This document shows positions 28,587-32,000 of a DNA stretch of 32,000 nt, piece by piece. Both the position numbers and the translations under genes were made by a program. Below the pieces are notes generated by a model. That model was not told the origin of the DNA. It searched no databases and worked only from the letters and a program-made list of their open reading frames with translations. Each line of letters begins with the position of its first letter. The first letter of the stretch is position 1. The DNA is from Halalkalibacterium halodurans (GTDB lineage: Bacteria; Bacillota; Bacilli; Bacillales; Bacillaceae_D): assembly GCF_004376175.1 (NCBI RefSeq), contig NZ_SNUY01000001.1, positions 94,383-126,382 of the forward strand, given 5' to 3'.

Positions 28587-28874
28587 ATGGCTGTTTTATT
28601 TACCGCACTTGTGTTTATCTCGATCGGCTTGTTTTTATATTTTAAAATAAAAGCGTGGAGAACACCCGAATCGCTGCTCAAACGAATTCACGAATCAAAA
28701 GCGAGCATCGCCTCCGGTGTATTTCTTACCGCGTTTGGTATTAACCTGTTAGTCGGCCTGCGCGGCACGGTCGATTTAATTGTAGGGCTTGTCTTCGTAG
28801 GCTTCGGTGGTTTCATCCTCTACCACGGCATTCGTGCCTACCAACATTATGTACCACAACTGAAAAACCAATAA
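28587..28874 (+). CDS. ytpI: Small membrane protein YtpI
   Basis: 95 aa from ATG 28587, 6 nt after AGGAGG. Three hydrophobic segments. Same position and divergent orientation relative to nrnA as B. subtilis ytpI. Confidence 0.72.
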   Translation: MAVLFTALVFISIGLFLYFKIKAWRTPESLLKRIHESKASIASGVFLTAFGINLLVGLRGTVDLIVGLVFVGFGGFILYHGIRAYQHYVPQLKNQ

Positions 28875-28887
28875 CCATTTTTGCGTC

Positions 28888-28919
28888 AAAAGAGACTTGG
28901 ATAACCCAAGCCTCTTTTT
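28888..28919. terminator. Terminator between convergent ytpI and ytoI
   Basis: 10-bp stem (one mismatch) 28891-28900 / 28906-28915, then TTTTT on the plus strand. The U-tract on the minus strand is weaker (UUU). Confidence 0.65.
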
Positions 28920-28920
28920 G

Positions 28921-30228
28921 TTAATCGATGATTTGCGCCATAAACAAGGCCTTCCCAACAATTTCTCCTTCATGGTACATTTCCACATCTATTTTCCCAT
29001 GCTTACGACCAATTTCTAACACCCGTGGTCGTATCGTTAAACGGCTGTCAATCTGAACTGGCTTGAGGAAGTAAAGGGTGATGTTTTCGACGACGAGATC
29101 CCCTTTTTTATACTTTCGAAGAACCCGGCTACCGGACTCAATAACGAGAGACGTCATGACACCGTGCGAGATCGTTCCTAATTGATTCGTCATTTGCGGC
29201 GTAATTTCTACCTCATATGAATCCCCTTGGTCGGAACTACTTTCATTCAGGCCATTTGTCATCAAATCTTCAATCGTCTCTCCGACATGGGGCTGACGTT
29301 GAATCATTTGTAGCGCTTTTAGCACATCCTGACGACTGACCACACCGATTAACTTCCGGTGAGAGTCTATGACTGGGAGGAGCTCAATCCCTTCCCAGAC
29401 CATGACATGGGCGACGGCAGCTACGGACGTACGTTCACTGACCGTGATTGGATTTTTCGTCATGACCTTTTCGATCGGTGTATGCCGGCTCGCGTTCAGG
29501 ACATCTTTCGCAGCAACCATCCCTTGAATCTTCATGTTCTCATCAATTACAGGGTAGCGGCTATGTCCTGTCTTCTCATTTAATTCATGCCACTTCCCAA
29601 CGACATTTTCCGTTGTCATGTAGTACGTATCTTGTAGTGGGATTAAAATATCGTCCACAAGAGTGATTTCCTTTTTGATTAACTGATCGTAAATCGCCCG
29701 GTTAATCATGGTTGCAACGGTAAACGTATCATAGCTCGTTGAGATCACTGGAAGATCTAGCTCATCCGCTAATTTAATCGCTTCATCACTCGTATCAAAG
29801 CCCCCGGTAATTAACACTGCTGCGCCTGCTTCCAGGGCAATTTGGTGTACCTGATAGCGGTTCCCTACAATCAAAAGGTTGCCTGGCTCCACATACCGCA
29901 TCATCGCATCTAGCTTCATCGCTCCAATGACAAAACGATTGAGGGTTTTATGGAGACCGTCTCGACCACCGAGAACTTGTCCATCAACGATGTTTACCAC
30001 TTCTGCATAAGTCAGCTTTTCGATGTTTTCTTTCTGTTTCTTCTCGATTCGAATCGTACCAACCCGTTCAATCGTGCTGACAAGTCCTTGATTTTCCGCC
30101 TCTTTAATTGCACGATAAGCCGTTCCTTCACTCACTTGAAGATCCTTGGCAATTCGGCGGACCGAAATTTTTTCACCCACCTCTAAATTCGTAATATACT
30201 GCAAAATTTGTTCATGCTTTGTCGCCAA
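28921..30228 (-). CDS. ytoI: YtoI: wHTH + DRTGG + CBS pair + hotdog-fold protein
   Basis: 435 aa from TTG 30228, 6 nt after GAGGTGA. This start aligns with the B. subtilis YtoI N-terminus (MSTKHEQIL vs ATKHEQIL). Shares the segment AYRAIKEAENxGxVSTIERVGTIRIE. Confidence 0.9.
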   Translation of the reverse strand: MATKHEQILQYITNLEVGEKISVRRIAKDLQVSEGTAYRAIKEAENQGLVSTIERVGTIRIEKKQKENIEKLTYAEVVNIVDGQVLGGRDGLHKTLNRFVIGAMKLDAMMRYVEPGNLLIVGNRYQVHQIALEAGAAVLITGGFDTSDEAIKLADELDLPVISTSYDTFTVATMINRAIYDQLIKKEITLVDDILIPLQDTYYMTTENVVGKWHELNEKTGHSRYPVIDENMKIQGMVAAKDVLNASRHTPIEKVMTKNPITVSERTSVAAVAHVMVWEGIELLPVIDSHRKLIGVVSRQDVLKALQMIQRQPHVGETIEDLMTNGLNESSSDQGDSYEVEITPQMTNQLGTISHGVMTSLVIESGSRVLRKYKKGDLVVENITLYFLKPVQIDSRLTIRPRVLEIGRKHGKIDVEMYHEGEIVGKALFMAQIID

Positions 30229-30280
30229 TCCCTTCACCTCGCTTTCACTCGTTATCTGTACTTGTCTGTAAAATATAACT

Positions 30281-30309
30281 GTATTACTAAATTATACGAG
30301 TGATGAATT
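30281..30309 (-). promoter_or_regulatory. SigmaA promoter of ytoI (TTGAAA-17-TATAAT)
   Basis: Near-consensus -35 (30309-30304) and consensus -10 (30286-30281) with a 17-nt spacer on the minus strand, ~50 nt upstream of the ytoI start. Confidence 0.55.
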
Positions 30310-30321
30310 GGCGTTTCAACC

Positions 30322-30570
30322 TTATCTTACGTAGCGTTTAACCTTTTTTGCCTCCCGTTTGTGTTTTGATTGAAATTGAGCGTTTGTTTTCGTTTGATTT
30401 CTTTTATATAACAGTGCAGCTCCATTTCCACCGATTACGAGTAAGGCGAACCCCATCCACAAGACCGCAAACAAATAAGCAAGGCCGGTTTCATGGAGGG
30501 GTAGACGTGGCAGCCCATATATTATAAGAGCCAAACCTAATAAAAAACAGAGCAAATAGCGCTGATTCAT
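30322..30570 (-). CDS. Hypothetical small 2-TM membrane protein with lysine-rich tail (82 aa)
   Basis: ATG lies 8 nt after AAAGGGAG. Two hydrophobic helices, then KRNQTKTNAQFQSKHKREAKKVKRYVR. Confidence 0.55.
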   Translation of the reverse strand: MNQRYLLCFLLGLALIIYGLPRLPLHETGLAYLFAVLWMGFALLVIGGNGAALLYKRNQTKTNAQFQSKHKREAKKVKRYVR

Positions 30571-30721
30571 ATGACCATCTCCCTTTCGGACAAGTACAGC
30601 TCGTTACATTGTATGCTGCTTACTGCGGAAGAGAACGGAAAATCATTCGTATTTGATGGTCTAACAAAAAAGTCCCCAAAGAATCATCGTTACTTCTCCG
30701 GAGATCTCTCCTTACGAGTAT

Positions 30722-30931
30722 TCAGTGGCAAGTAAAAGAATAGCTGTTTGTCATTTGATTATGAACAATCGTTTCTACTTCTCCACCTACTTTCTCACAT
30801 CCAGATATTAACTGTTCTAACTCTTTATGATTCATAGCTCTAGCCGACAGCGTTAACAAAGAAAGAACAAGCAACGCCGTGCACAAAACGATGGACCTGT
30901 TAAATATATGGTTATTTTTCAATTTTCTCAT
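30722..30931 (-). CDS. Hypothetical small secreted protein (69 aa; signal peptide, 2 Cys)
   Basis: ATG lies after AAGGAG. N-terminal basic and hydrophobic signal sequence with an A-x-A site (SARA/MN). The predicted ~37-aa mature part has Cys at both ends. Confidence 0.5.
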   Translation of the reverse strand: MRKLKNNHIFNRSIVLCTALLVLSLLTLSARAMNHKELEQLISGCEKVGGEVETIVHNQMTNSYSFTCH

Positions 30932-31048
30932 TTTACATACTCCTTCTTTCGATTACCCTTGCTACCAATTGATGAAAACATTTATGCTAGCTCAAACAGG
31001 AAGAGGCTTTAACCTATAAAAAAGATTAAGCCCCTTTTACGTTTCACT

Positions 31049-31729
31049 TTATAATTCAATTACCTCGCCAACGGCTAATGCTCTTCCTTTTTTCCCTGAC
31101 AGTGACTCTGCAAATGCGACAGGGTCTTGCTCAATGACAGGGAATGTGTTGTAGTGGATCGGAACTACTGTTTTGGCTTGTAACCACTCTGCGGCGACTG
31201 CTGCATCTTCAGGCCCCATTGTAAAGTTATCGCCAATTGGTAAAAATGCTACATCAATGGTGTTCCGCTCACCGATTAACTTCATGTCAGAAAATAGCGC
31301 TGTATCGCCTGCATGGAAGATTGTTTTTCCTTCTGCCGTAAAAAGAATTCCACTTGGCATCCCGGTATAGACAATGGTTTGGTTTTCCTCTGTGTAAGAA
31401 GATCCGTGAAATGCTTGCGTTAATTTTACATGGCCGAACTCAAACTGATGGGCTCCGCCAATGTGCATCTCATGAACCTTGACTCCTTTCCAGCTAAGAT
31501 ATGTAGCTAATTCAAATGGAGCGATCACAAGAGCGTCATTTTGCTTTGCGAGTTGGAGAGTGTCGCCGACGTGATCATTATGACCATGAGTTAACAAAAT
31601 CACATCTACCTTCAAGTCATCGACTGATAGGTCTGTCAGCCCATTTCCTGTAATGAATGGATCTATCAGGATCGTCTTTCCTTCTGTTTCAATTTTGACA
31701 ACAGAATGCCCATGATAGCTTACTTTCAT
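31049..31729 (-). CDS. ytkL: UPF0173 metallo-beta-lactamase-fold hydrolase YtkL
   Basis: 226 aa from ATG 31729 (SD AAGGGAG). [15 protein letters not shown]... and HGHNDHVGD are near-identical in pattern to B. subtilis YtkL. Confidence 0.9.
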   Translation of the reverse strand: MKVSYHGHSVVKIETEGKTILIDPFITGNGLTDLSVDDLKVDVILLTHGHNDHVGDTLQLAKQNDALVIAPFELATYLSWKGVKVHEMHIGGAHQFEFGHVKLTQAFHGSSYTEENQTIVYTGMPSGILFTAEGKTIFHAGDTALFSDMKLIGERNTIDVAFLPIGDNFTMGPEDAAVAAEWLQAKTVVPIHYNTFPVIEQDPVAFAESLSGKKGRALAVGEVIEL

Positions 31730-31956
31730 TGCACTCAACTCCCTTTCAATCATCAATCGTCTCTAGTGTCCTTCTTTCCCGGTCTCCCATTGTTTAAACA
31801 TCTGTTGTTTTATGGCTTTGGATGGTCCCCTCCTCCTACATCAACACGTGGTTGGAATACCTATCGATTTCCTTTCTAATTTTAACATAAGATGGTACGG
31901 TAAAAAGGAAGAATGCAGGTTTCGTTTTGAAGCCTAGAGAAAGGAAGCGATAAAAA

Positions 31957-32000
31957 ATGGAACGAATCAAACGCGTAATCGAATGGCTTAAAGACAATGA
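31957..32000 (+). CDS. 5' end of an unidentified gene (partial, runs off the window)
   Basis: ATG 31957 follows AGAGAAAGGAAG. Only MERIKRVIEWLKDN is visible, so the product cannot be called. Confidence 0.3.
   Translation, partial: MERIKRVIEWLKDN

Overview
Core-chromosome segment of a Bacillus-like endospore former (Bacillaceae). It is collinear with the B. subtilis 'yt' region. On the minus strand: coaE-ytaF-mutM-polA, an inserted hflK-hflC pair, phoP-phoR, citZ-icd-mdh, ytwI, fxsA, pfkA-pyk, accD-accA, a FadR-type GntR regulator, malic enzyme ytsJ and dnaE. These are followed by ytrH-ytrI and a 74-aa ORF on the plus strand, then nrnA, ytpI (+), ytoI, two small lineage-specific ORFs, ytkL and the first 15 codons of a plus-strand gene. 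For several genes the longest-ORF start is upstream of the start supported by homology and the Shine-Dalgarno (SD) sequence, so I give corrected starts. I found no CRISPR array, IS or transposon, prophage gene, rRNA or tRNA, or recognisable defence system, so most of the window is ordinary housekeeping DNA. Five things deserve a second look. (1) A textbook four-hexamer Pho box plus -10 lies directly after the phoR stop. It points into a ~125-nt ORF-free segment that ends in a terminator and carries two C-rich loops, so it is a candidate PhoP-activated sRNA or hflKC leader. (2) hflKC itself breaks the conserved phoR-polA adjacency. (3) A ~0.5-0.7 kb ORF-free, stem-rich region lies between the 74-aa ORF and nrnA. 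(4) A perfect TGGTC-N-GACCA FadR-type operator sits in the ytsJ promoter, upstream of an operon that encodes a FadR-type regulator next to accDA. (5) Two small ORFs (a secreted peptide and a 2-TM protein) lie between ytkL and ytoI. All regulatory and RNA calls rest on motifs read by eye and are untested.
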